Source of the DNA: Nitrospirales bacterium
Lineage (GTDB): Bacteria > Nitrospirota > Nitrospiria > Nitrospirales > UBA8639
NCBI GenBank assembly: GCA_965203295.1
Contig: CBDBCZ010000007.1
Location: 32,001 to 96,000 of the forward strand
Length of the DNA: 64,000 bases
Direction: 5' to 3'
Part shown: piece by piece, positions 37,537 through 64,000 of the stretch
How positions within the stretch are numbered: the stretch's first letter is position 1
Layout: each line of letters begins with the position of its first letter
Program-made: the position numbers and the translations under genes
Notes under the pieces: model-generated
What the model was told of the DNA's origin: nothing
What the model saw: only the letters and a program-made list of their open reading frames with translations
Databases searched by the model: none

Positions 37537-38924
37537 TTAACTATCAGCCTTCTTGTGTAGGAGGTGGTCACTTTGAATTCTTGAGTCAAACCAGCTATAC
37601 TACCGGTACCTATGCATGATTTTGCTGATTTCGGTGTACAGTGGGACCCCTGGCACCCTTGAAATACAGACACCTCTGTATTAAGGACACTTTGACACAG
37701 TATGCCTCATGTATGCTTTCTGGATGTAAATTCACCCTTAAAATGAGTACAGTAAGACACTTTGCCACGTCCCCAAGTGTCCACAATGGAGAGGTGTTCC
37801 ACTGTATGTGTACTACATTGCGAAGGCAATATACTTTAGTATAATATATGTTACCATAGGTGTAATCTTTTTTCCATAGAGCATATGAAGCTGATGTGCA
37901 AACACTAAATGGCTCAGGGCATGGGCATCTCTGTAATCTATGTAACTAGTTTTCTGCTTTGCCTCGGCCTATTTAAAACATCTCTGCCTAAGCTGTACAT
38001 AGAGCATAAGAAGAATTCCACAGAGCGTAGGAAGCAGTCTTCAGGAATAAGTGGGCAGCTATGTTCTAACTACGTACACCTCAACTCTGTTTTGGGCCAG
38101 AGTTGTCAAGCACCATTCCCACTTCAGCTTTAGTCCCACAAAATGGGTGTATTGTAATACAGATAAGATTTCAGCATTAGGATCTGTTAATGGGTCACCT
38201 CTGACCTACTATATTGTTGTGGTAGCATGGCCCTTTGGAATGCAGGAAGAGCCCTGTGGAGGTGTATGGTCCATTGGCTAGCCCAAATAAGGCACCTACA
38301 GAGAACACTATACATCCTAGGAAATGGTTAGTCTCAGTATCGTTTTGTACACGTGTTTGGTGCACTATTATTATGTGGCCCTGTATAGTAGCAGTGTCTG
38401 ACTATAGCACCATCTTGTACCAATCCTCTCTCTTGAAGAGGCAGTTAGAGCCTTGTCTGGAGATGAGCTAAGGCACCATCTAACAAGTGTGCACTTAAAC
38501 TGCCTACCTTACAGCTGTACTTTGGAGCTATATACTCAATGTTTTGAGAGTCATTATCTCAAATGTATTAATCTGCATTATTCTCTGTCATAGCTGTGTA
38601 CTATGCTGACTGTGATTGCGTAGTACCACGAGTGCTAGCCTTGTTCCCGGGCCACTCCTCCTTTGAAGCAGGGGTGGCCTGGGATGAAGGAGGCAAATAT
38701 TCAAACTGCGAAGATTTAGTTCCTTAACATTTTGTCACCTTAAGGCATTTAGGGATACTTTGCAGCCAGATTCTATAGATGATGTCACAGTGCAGGGATA
38801 TGATTCCCTCTCTACTGAGCTTGGCTTCCTTCTCACCATGACAGGATGTGGCCTACAGCAGAACACAGCCATGATTCCTGTGAGGTCAGGATGTTCACAG
38901 ACAGTAGGGGCATCAGTCCAGCAT

Positions 38925-39895
<971 letters not shown>

Positions 39896-40195
39896 TTTGC
39901 GTCTGAGGTTCTGGTTTGGAACTGAGACTAGCTAACACCATTCTGGTCTGGGTCCTAATTCTGGGTTCTGGTCCAGGCCAATTGGGGCCAATATCTGAGA
40001 ATCAATTCTGTTGTTGTCTGAGGTTTGTTGATGTAGTGTTTGTAGTCTGGAAGCTAATTGGGCCCTGTAGGCTCACCTGTCAAATTGCACTGGAGGGGCT
40101 GCCCAAAAATTCACCTTTGCATGTGAACAGCACATGGCACTAATGTTGTATTAAAAAAGTCTTAAAGGAAGTGTGCACTATATTTAGGCTATCAG

Positions 40196-40596
40196 TAGGG
40201 ATGAGGCTATTATGCTGGCATAGTTCCGGGCATAATAGGTAGTCCTACAGAGTGAGCATAATGCGGGCATAAACGGTAGAAGTATGAGCATAATTGACCT
40301 TTCACACATGGAGAAAACAGAATGGCACCACCAGCAGCAGTATTGGCACTGGTAGTCCAGCAAAACCCATTTTACAGTGGCAGACTTAGACTGAGATAGT
40401 GGTAGTGTAGCCCCGCTAGTAGCCAACATTGAATATTTACATTTCATTAAGCACCGAACCTCTGGTATTATGTTCTATAAACATTTTTACATGAAATTTT
40501 TGTGAGCATAATCATCAAGAGCATAATCGGACATCCTCTGGAGCATTATGGAATAGCGTAATGGGCAGATTTCTTAGCATAATAGCCTCATCCCTG
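40196..40596. mobile_element. hAT-like MITE
   Basis: TIR AGGGATGAGGCTATTATGCT / AGCATAATAGCCTCATCCCT. Flanking duplication of about 8 bp (CTATCAGT). Confidence 0.8.
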
Positions 40597-41410
40597 CTAT
40601 CAGTATCTGTACATGTCATCCACTATTTATACACACTGCCTATATTTATCAGTGTCTCTCATCCATGCATACTATTTATTGCCTGTCATTGACTACATGT
40701 ATTTAAACACACTACCTATATTTATCAGTGTCCGCAGGAGGTCCCCCAGCAAAAAAAGTCCACGATGCACAGCCCCTTTTTTGCAGACCCCCCAAAACAA
40801 CCTACCAACTGCATCACAAAGTGTCATAATTATAATTATTACGTCATAAATAGTTAATTAACCATACATTGACATCATAAAATGGTTAACTAATTTGACC
40901 CAACCCTAACTTAGCACTTACTGATTGAGCGACCATGGCTGAAGGCAGCAGCAAGCTGCTACTGAGTAAGCAATGACGTAAGATCAGTGTCACTATTGCA
41001 TGCAAGTACATGCAAATTATACACAAGCTGTGATGCATAATGGATATGAGGCTACTGCTTGTACTGCCAAAATCTAAACTCTTGTCCGCAAAAAATCCCC
41101 TAGTTTTTGGAACCTTTTTTGCTGACCTGCCGAAACAACCAACCAACTTGGTGGGTGCGCGTCTCACCTTTTTTCAAGTATGGCCCACCGGTGTCTGTCA
41201 TCCACTATTTACACACAATATATACACACTACCTATATTTATCGGTTTCTGTTATCCACTACTTTATACACTCTGCTGATCTGTGTCTGTCATCACTGGA
41301 CAGAGCAGGCCAGCACCGTAACGAGGTCTTACGTACACCTGTCATAGCTAGGTCGGGATCAGTGGAAGTGCATCCTGGAATGTGCATGCAGAATTTAAGT
41401 GGCTTCCGTC

Positions 41411-41479
41411 TAATCTCGAACCCAGCTTTTTTTTTGCTTGCAGGCTGAAAAAAAGCTGGGACGGTTGGGTTTGAGGCTA
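41411..41479. mobile_element. TAG...CTA-type MITE with perfect 9-bp TSD
   Basis: TAATCTCGAACCCA...TGGGTTTGAGGCTA. GCTTCCGTC on both flanks. Confidence 0.85.
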
Positions 41480-43610
41480 GCTTCCGTCCATCACGTACAG
41501 CACACACAATAGTGCCCATTGACCATGCCCCTCGGCCACTGTATGGCAGAATGGCAAGTCATATGATCGCTTATAGACTACAAGGTTACTGCACTTGTCG
41601 AAGAGTTTTCATTTCAGAAGCATGTGCTGTTTTGGTACGGCTGTACCTGATACGTTCCTCTTGACTTAATGTGTTACCTTGTAACAATAAGTACTGCACC
41701 ACAGGGGGAGCTAATGGAGTAAATATAAATGGCTCTTGGGCATCTGGAAGAAATAAAGGTGCACACACACTATACTTCGTTAGCCTTGTACCCAGGCCCC
41801 TCCTATATACCCCTAATGTATCAGGGGAAGCTACATGTGGTTGCTAGGTCATAATCAAAACAGGATGCAGCTGCAGTGCATTGCCATGCATGCATGTGGT
41901 AGTCACAACAATCGCAGTAATAACAATAATATTTTATGCCTACATACTTGTACTCTGTACAAACTAATTGCAGTGATGTCACTAATACTGCCTGGATACA
42001 CATGCAGAGAATGTGGCATACTTTTCGCATGTAGAAACTTTGAAATTGCATGGTCTTTGACACACCACAAAGTTTTGCTGGTACTCTGATAACTGAATTT
42101 ACCCTCTCCTGTCATCACCCTGTACTAATTAAACAATACCACAAGTTACCTATTTGCGCAGTTCTGTATCATCCACTCTTCTGGATACCTGTTCTCTGCA
42201 TAATTATAATACCACTTCTTAACTCCATATACTAGATGCTGAACCTCAATAGTAGCGTCACGGCTGCAAATTCCAGTGGCACCGTTAACTATAATAGTAG
42301 CACAGCTCAGGCTGTATGTGGTTTATTTATAAACATTAGCAAATCAGCCTAGCTTTTACATAGTATTCTATTTGCTTCTGAATACTGGCCAGTTCTGCAA
42401 CTAAATATTATCGTCTTGTGAGATTTCTTTGGATGCCTTCTGTGTCTGTGCCATGCATGGTCATATTATTTGACTGTGATTTACACCTGCCCAGCACTTG
42501 GAACAAAGGGTACGCAGGTACCCCTGTAGAGCTAAGGATCAGCTAATGTGAGAGCAAGAGTTTACCATTTCACTGAAAGGAAGCTTCAAGCTTACATTCC
42601 TCAGTATTTCACTGCATGATCCATGATCAGCTGATTAAGTAGTCTTATGTACAGTGGTGTCTACTGTCAGTGGTACCCATATCACATGCACAGATTTAAC
42701 TGCCAACAGTATACTGTATGTATACACTTAGAGCCCAAGGTAGATATGTATTACTATGGATTTTTTTTTAACCTTTTCTATATTTCATTTATAGCTATTA
42801 TTCAGTAAGTAGAGTGTGATCGAGGAACTGGTTTATGGCGTTGGATGCTGAACCTCCATAGAGTCAACTTATATTACAGAGTGGATGGCTGTGCTATAGC
42901 TCACTCATCTACTTTTCTCTTCTCTCGCCTTTCCTCTCTCTCCCTTATATAATATTCTTATAGCTAACTTCAGGTTCTTTACTATTATTCTTTTTGTACA
43001 TTGTACTGTCTCATTTTTGGCCTGCTGCCCCTGTGGTGTGACGTAAAATGTTTATCTATCTATCATACAAGTGCCCACCAGTGTGGAGGGAAATCATGAT
43101 CACATGCAGAGCCATTGTGTGACCCACAATGACATGGTACCAACTCCTGGTGCATGCATGGTGTACGTGCAATGTTCAGCGTATTATTAACCGCACATAT
43201 TATACCCAGGCGCAGTAAGTAGACTGCTGCAATCTAGATGCAAATGGCAATGAAATGTTGCACTGAAGGCAGCTAATATTTCCTGAATTGGCCTGTGATG
43301 CAGTTTAACTCAGCTGTGATCACACAAAGCTTACATGACATGATGTGGTGTTCTTCCATGCAGTGTAACAGTTATAGTTGAGTCCTGGAAATGTTACGTA
43401 TAAGAGCTTGGCTACATTGGAGATGGTGTCCATGCCCGATTTTCCCTCTAAAGCTTCTGGAAACTCTGTAGCTAACTTCACCACACATGCAGCCCCAGGC
43501 TATGAATGCTATAAAGACAGGTCAACGGTTACCAGGCAGTGAGAAATATGCCTCGACAGCACGTACAAAGCAACTAATTAAGGTGTGTACATTTCTTGCA
43601 AGTCAGCGCT

Positions 43611-43664
43611 CTTACGCAATTGAATCGTTGCGCAATCAAGCAGGGGGCAACCCTGGGAATCTCC
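43611..43664 (+). promoter_or_regulatory. Candidate C/EBP + NF-kB promoter module
   Basis: CTTACGCAAT (43611), GTTGCGCAAT (43627, fits RTTGCGYAAY) and GGGAATCTCC (43655, fits GGGRNWYYCC), 80-135 bp upstream of ATG 43746. Motif match only. Confidence 0.45.
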
Positions 43665-43745
43665 CCCAACTGCTCAAATAAATATCGAACAGCAGCGCGT
43701 ACTCAGTCATAATAGCGCAAGACATACAAAAAAGTACTTGCAGAA

Positions 43746-46475
43746 ATGGAGGACGAAGGTTGCAAATTTTGCTTCAAGCTCCCTAAGGATGGACTGGCTT
43801 TACGTTCAGTAGCGATCGTTGAAGGCGTTCCCGAACTACGCTTCGACGCGTCACCGAAAGTCCCTACGATCACCGAAGAAGACGCTGCAATAGCCTGCCG
43901 ACTTGCATCCGAGGAAAAACGACCCGAGTTTTTCTACATAGGGATTCCCTTCGGACATCCATTTTTCGGCAGGCAGTACAAAAACTACCGTCCCGATTGG
44001 CTGCGGGGAACGTCAGTTGGGGAGCTTCTCTCCGAATCCGACTGGGCAATGAAGTGCTTGCATATCGGCGCCAGGAGTAACGAGTCGAAAACCGCTTTCA
44101 TGAGTTGGTCGAAGACGAGCCAGCTTCAGGGCCTAGCTACGTGGCCTGATTTTCCAAGTGGAGAGGACAATCCGTCCGTCGGCTCCGTTATCATGTCGTG
44201 CGAGTCAGTGAAAGTGCAGAAGGGTGACGATTTTCTGCAGTTTTTGGAGGAACCGAAGATGAAAATCGAGGACCAGACCAACCCGCTCTACTCCAGGTTC
44301 ATTACCGAGAAGTTACCCAGTATTGCCTACTATGACGAGCCACTCTTTCTCAAAATGCAAGAAATACTCAAGCTAATCCTCGTAGCTGAGTGGCTAAAAG
44401 AGAAAGGGGTAAAGATCAGCCAACAGTGGATCGAGCAGCATACTACCGGACCAGGAGTGGGGGATAGCAGTTTTCGTGCTGTGGAGCCACCCAGCAAGAT
44501 AATACCACGACCGACAAACGTCATGGTGCCGAGCAGTGATGTCGCTGTGAAGACACGGGAAGCAGAGCAGTACAGGTTTCTTGCTGAGTGTGGTGTTAGG
44601 CGATGTTATGGATGGCACGACCACGGCAGTGGAGAAATGGAAATGTTTATGGAAGACGGAAAGCCCTTTATACAGCGAAAATCCGTGAGAGCAGTCGTCG
44701 ACAAACGTGTGACTGTTTGTGACCAAGAGATTGACGCAGCCAAAATCATGCTGAATATTCAACTCCCTCCAAATGTTCCAACACCAGTAATGACCGCCGA
44801 GTCCGAAGAAAAAATCACGAAGCTGCTGCCACCAAGCTCAAATGAGGAAGTCTCCGGCCCACTTGGCCCCATGGTATTGGATGTTAAAGTTGACAAACAC
44901 ATCACTGAGGAGAGCGTCGAACTAACAGTAGCTAGAACGATGCAAATTTGCCCTCCACATGCACTGCCACAGATGAAAGATACGACCGTCATCAGAGTGT
45001 CAGTTAGCGATTACGACAAGCTGTATGGCAGCTACGACCCAAATGAGCCACTAGGGATAACGGAGAATGGAGAGCCAATCATTCCCCAAGTCGAGTCATG
45101 GTCGGAACTGTTCTCTCAGACAGTTCCTTGGCCGCACACCTGGCAGTTTCCTTACATCGGAGTCGGAGAGCCTGCAGCCTCTGGAGGTGTTTCCACACGT
45201 AGCATCCCAGTCACCGAGACTCCAGTCAGAGCAGAAAGAAGCAAGAGAGAGTGGGTACCCCATGGCCAGTACAAGAGCTCTGGAGATCAACTTGCTGTAC
45301 GAGCACAGCATGGAATATCTGAAGGTATGATTGCGCATAGCAATGACTTGTTAAAACTATTCTACTGTGGGGACAGCAGTGAGGACCATGATGGTGTTTT
45401 CTGTGTATGTATTATTGCAAGCCATGCATGCATGTACTTTAGTTGGCCCAGTCTTCTAGATAGGCAATGAGCTTGGAATTTGTCATATTCATTACACTCT
45501 GTAAAAATAGCTCACAGCTTAGCACGCTAATTGTAATGTGCTAAATATAAAGAAGTTGTAAACAGGGTGCTTTCCCAGGGTCTCCCCCTCATTAATAATT
45601 GTTTGCATTTGTGCATACATAGACAAAGTTATTGTCTCATATGAATCTGTAATAACATGAGGAATTTGCTGTTCATGCAGAATCATCACACTATAAACTA
45701 AGAATTTGCCTTTCATGCAGAATAATAGGAATTTGCATTTCATGCAAAATGATCATAGGAATTTGCATTTGCAGAATAATGGGGAACACAAAAGCTATTG
45801 TGTGCGTGGAGGAGGGTACCAATAAAATTGAATCTTTTCTTCTTACGCATATTACCAGGAACAATCAGATCAGCCACTAAAGAAGAATTCGAAGAAGTGT
45901 CAAAGAAATTCTTCCGCACTTGGGATCAGCGTAAGGGGAGATGTCCCAAAGTGGAATATGTAGCCGTGGTGGTCAATGCCACGCTGAAACAAAGGTGCAG
46001 TACGTACAGACAGAGGCTGCGAAATCAAGAAATGGAAGAACACTTCCACGGGACAACGCTTTCGTGTGACATCAAACGTACTAAAGCACTCTGCAGTGTT
46101 GGTTCGTGTGGAATCTGTGGCATTTCACGTACTGGCTTGAATCGTGGCTACATAAAGAAGAATATCGACTTCCAGCGATTCGGTGACGGCTTTTATCTTG
46201 CTCCAAACTCTTCAAAGTGCCACGACTACACACGAGGCATCAATGGCTACAGAGCCATGCTGCTCTGCGACGTATGCCCAGGGAACAAATACCGCTTGAG
46301 AAAAACTGATCAAAGTCTGCAGGGACCCCCGAGAGGGTATGACTCTGTGAATGGCCAAGTTGGCGAACATCTGAACTATGAAGAAATTGTCCTCTACCAC
46401 CCCGATGCGGTCATGCCTCGCTACATTATTTTGTACCAGAAAGATGGAAATAGCCATCCCATTACAATGAACTAG
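43746..46475 (+). CDS. Two-exon 731-aa protein: uncharacterised N-terminal domain plus PARP-type ADP-ribosyltransferase domain
   Basis: Exon 1 43746-45324 (GAAG|GTATGA) joins exon 2 45859-46475 (CCAG|GA) in phase 1. ART motifs FHGT, FGDGFYLA, SSKCHDY, MLLCDV, PPRGYDSV, LNYEEIVLY give an H-Y-E triad. Cys insert CDIKRTKALCSVGSCGIC follows HGT. Confidence 0.85.
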
Positions 46476-46600
46476 CACACTGATCCACACTGGTTGAACT
46501 TTTGTGTTGAATATGTATGTTCATGAAAAACTGAGTGACACTGTGTGTACATGTTTGTTTCTTTCCCCACATTAATACTTTGTAGCAGTATACCCCTGGA

Positions 46601-46877
46601 CTTATATCACATTACATCACTTTTGGAAAAATTCATTGGTTACAGAGAGGAGTATAAAGGTGTTTATACTACTATTTTGTTTTTATGTGTTTTCATGTTC
46701 GTTAACGTATGTTTTTTGTTTACGTAATAAAATACTACTGAATGGTAACTTGGTGTATCCATGGCGATGACAAACAGCAAAAAGCGATTGGCCGCCTGTG
46801 ATATAAGCCGGATATACCACGCCTACTCGGAGTATAAACGCGATAAACTCCGCATAGACGTGGTATATCCTATACAT
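46601..46877. mobile_element. Bulged-hairpin element (family c), internally deleted
   Basis: Homologous to 51024-51372. Arm bounded by CTTATATCACA / TGTGATATAAG. Hairpin apex is missing. Confidence 0.75.
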
Positions 46878-47308
46878 AAATCACAGAGCAATTGTTATGA
46901 GTGTTTACTTTCTGTAATATTTTTTTAGCTTGTAGCTACATATATAGTTAGCCTGGGATCCAGGCTATACATGTAGTACTTGGTGTAACTATTTCTCGTT
47001 TGTGCCCTGATTGTTTTATGTAAAAACAGCAAAGCTTTTAATAATTCATAATCAACTAAACAACTGTAGATATATAATTAATTAATGTGTATTTCGAGTC
47101 CTCAGCGTACATGATTATATCACCCATGCACTCCCCTCCCCCCCCCCCCCCCCCCCCCCCGTAGTTACCAAAGCAGGTCTGAGAATAAAGTACTTTTTTT
47201 GAAGTCCAAAAATAAAGTGGAGAGATTATTTCTCCTCAGCTACCCAGTAAATTAATTATGACACGTAGTTGAAGTATAAACATTGCAATGATGTGATGAA
47301 GACATACT

Positions 47309-62919
<15,611 letters not shown>

Positions 62920-63168
62920 CCCTTCCACGTGGGTAAATAGTATACGGACTTCCGTAATCGCATTCTCCATTTCGGCCATCACTTTCACGTGGGTAAATAG
63001 TATACGGACCTCCGTAATCGCATTCTGCAGTTCTGAGTACGTAAAATAGGCTCCAGCTGCAAACATGAACGGTTTTTGCACTTTGGAAAGTGTTTTTTCT
63101 GTATTATAAGAGGTTCCAGCTGCAAATTAAATATTGAAATATGTCTAAACAAAACATTTGACTAGCGA

Positions 63169-64000
63169 CTAGTAATCGTAATCTGCATACCCTACGATGT
63201 TCGATTCAAACTGCAGGTCCCGAATCTCGCTGAGAATGTCCGAGGCCTTCTGCAGTGCTCTCACCATCTCCGCAACTTCTCTCCTCCTGGCTGTCATCTC
63301 CGGCGACTCCTCCATCAGCTGGTCGTAGGCCTCCGTCTTGTAGAGCTCGCTGACCAGCTCACTCTGGATCTTCTCCTTCACGTAGTTCACCAGGCAGTGC
63401 ATGACTGCCTTCGGTATGCTGTCCTGGATGCTCTTGCGCACGATTAGAAAGTAAGAGCGTATCAGTTTTTCGATCAGTTCGCAGTCGAACTCCTGCCGGC
63501 TGATCATGTCACCTGTGGGCTGTGGTTCGGGACGGCGGGGGTAGAGCCATTCGTCTTCGACTTCAGCAGTCGTGAGGCTGTTAAGACCGGGTTTTTCCCA
63601 GTCGTCCGTCTTGCCAGTCGCTTGCGTCGACGGGTTCGAAGCCTGGGGTTGAGACTGCGATGACTTTCCTGGCCAGACGGTGGAGAACCATCCCTTCAGT
63701 TGGCTCTCGGCCTGCTGGCTTCCCGAGCCCCCTGCGCTCGTCGTAGCGGCTGGCTCAGATTTGGAGGCGGCTCCGGCTGTCTGCTGCTGTAATCTCGGAT
63801 GCTGCCTGCTAAACCCTTCCTTGGACGTCTGTGCCATCATGTACGACTCGTAAGCCGCCCGGGTCCCGCCCACAAAATCGGGGTGGTTGGTGTTGATGTA
63901 CGAGAGCTCAATCGCAATGAGACTCTCCACCATCTCGTTGGTAATCGGCAGCCGCCCACGCAGGAGACCCATGACTACTACGTTCATCTGCTCTCGTAGA
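63169..64000 (-). CDS. DNM1L: Dynamin-1-like (Drp1/Vps1-type) GTPase, middle domain to GED (5'-partial)
   Basis: RLPITNEMVESLIAIELSYINTNHPDF and DCELIEKLIRSYFLIVRKSIQDSIPKAVMHCLVN match Drp1 motifs. Variable insert in place of a PH domain. Frame is open to the window edge. Could be a paralogue rather than the orthologue. Confidence 0.85.
   Translation of the reverse strand, partial: LREQMNVVVMGLLRGRLPITNEMVESLIAIELSYINTNHPDFVGGTRAAYESYMMAQTSKEGFSRQHPRLQQQTAGAASKSEPAATTSAGGSGSQQAESQLKGWFSTVWPGKSSQSQPQASNPSTQATGKTDDWEKPGLNSLTTAEVEDEWLYPRRPEPQPTGDMISRQEFDCELIEKLIRSYFLIVRKSIQDSIPKAVMHCLVNYVKEKIQSELVSELYKTEAYDQLMEESPEMTARRREVAEMVRALQKASDILSEIRDLQFESNIVGYADYDY

Noticed and set aside
43746..45324. 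Bacterial contamination or symbiont DNA
   Set aside because: Linked by a spliceosomal-type intron and flanked by host repeat families; no operon context.
45325..45858. C-terminal part of the 574-aa ORF and N-terminal part of the 225-aa ORF as separate genes
   Set aside because: Better explained as read-through into one GT-AG intron that joins both ORFs in frame.

Overview
Eukaryotic (animal) genomic DNA: GT-AG spliced genes, CpG-poor introns and dense small DNA-transposon content. The gene set and repeat style suggest a non-bilaterian such as a demosponge, which is an inference. Left to right: (1) the 3' part of a Mutator/MULE-type transposase with a SWIM finger, cut off from an AT-hook tail by two tandem stops; (2) four paralogous 4-exon MARVEL-like tetraspan membrane genes (+) interleaved with a ~20-exon prominin-like gene (-) and a TMEM179-like gene (+); (3) a two-exon 731-aa gene fusing an uncharacterised, possibly DUF1598-like N-terminal domain to a Cys-insert H-Y-E PARP-type ADP-ribosyltransferase, with kB and C/EBP motifs just upstream; (4) a 19-exon RBM28/Nop4 gene (-) with a probable fifth RRM and an antisense small membrane-protein ORF in intron 2; (5) the intronless 3' end of a DNM1L/Drp1-like dynamin (-). 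Non-coding DNA holds TAG...CTA MITEs with 9-bp TSDs, CACTA-, Tc1/pogo-, piggyBac-, Harbinger- and hAT-like MITEs, a decayed LINE, several minisatellites, an interstitial (CCCTAA)n tract and a recurring class of long hairpin elements with tandem G.A mismatches. All calls come from manual reading; no database searches were run.
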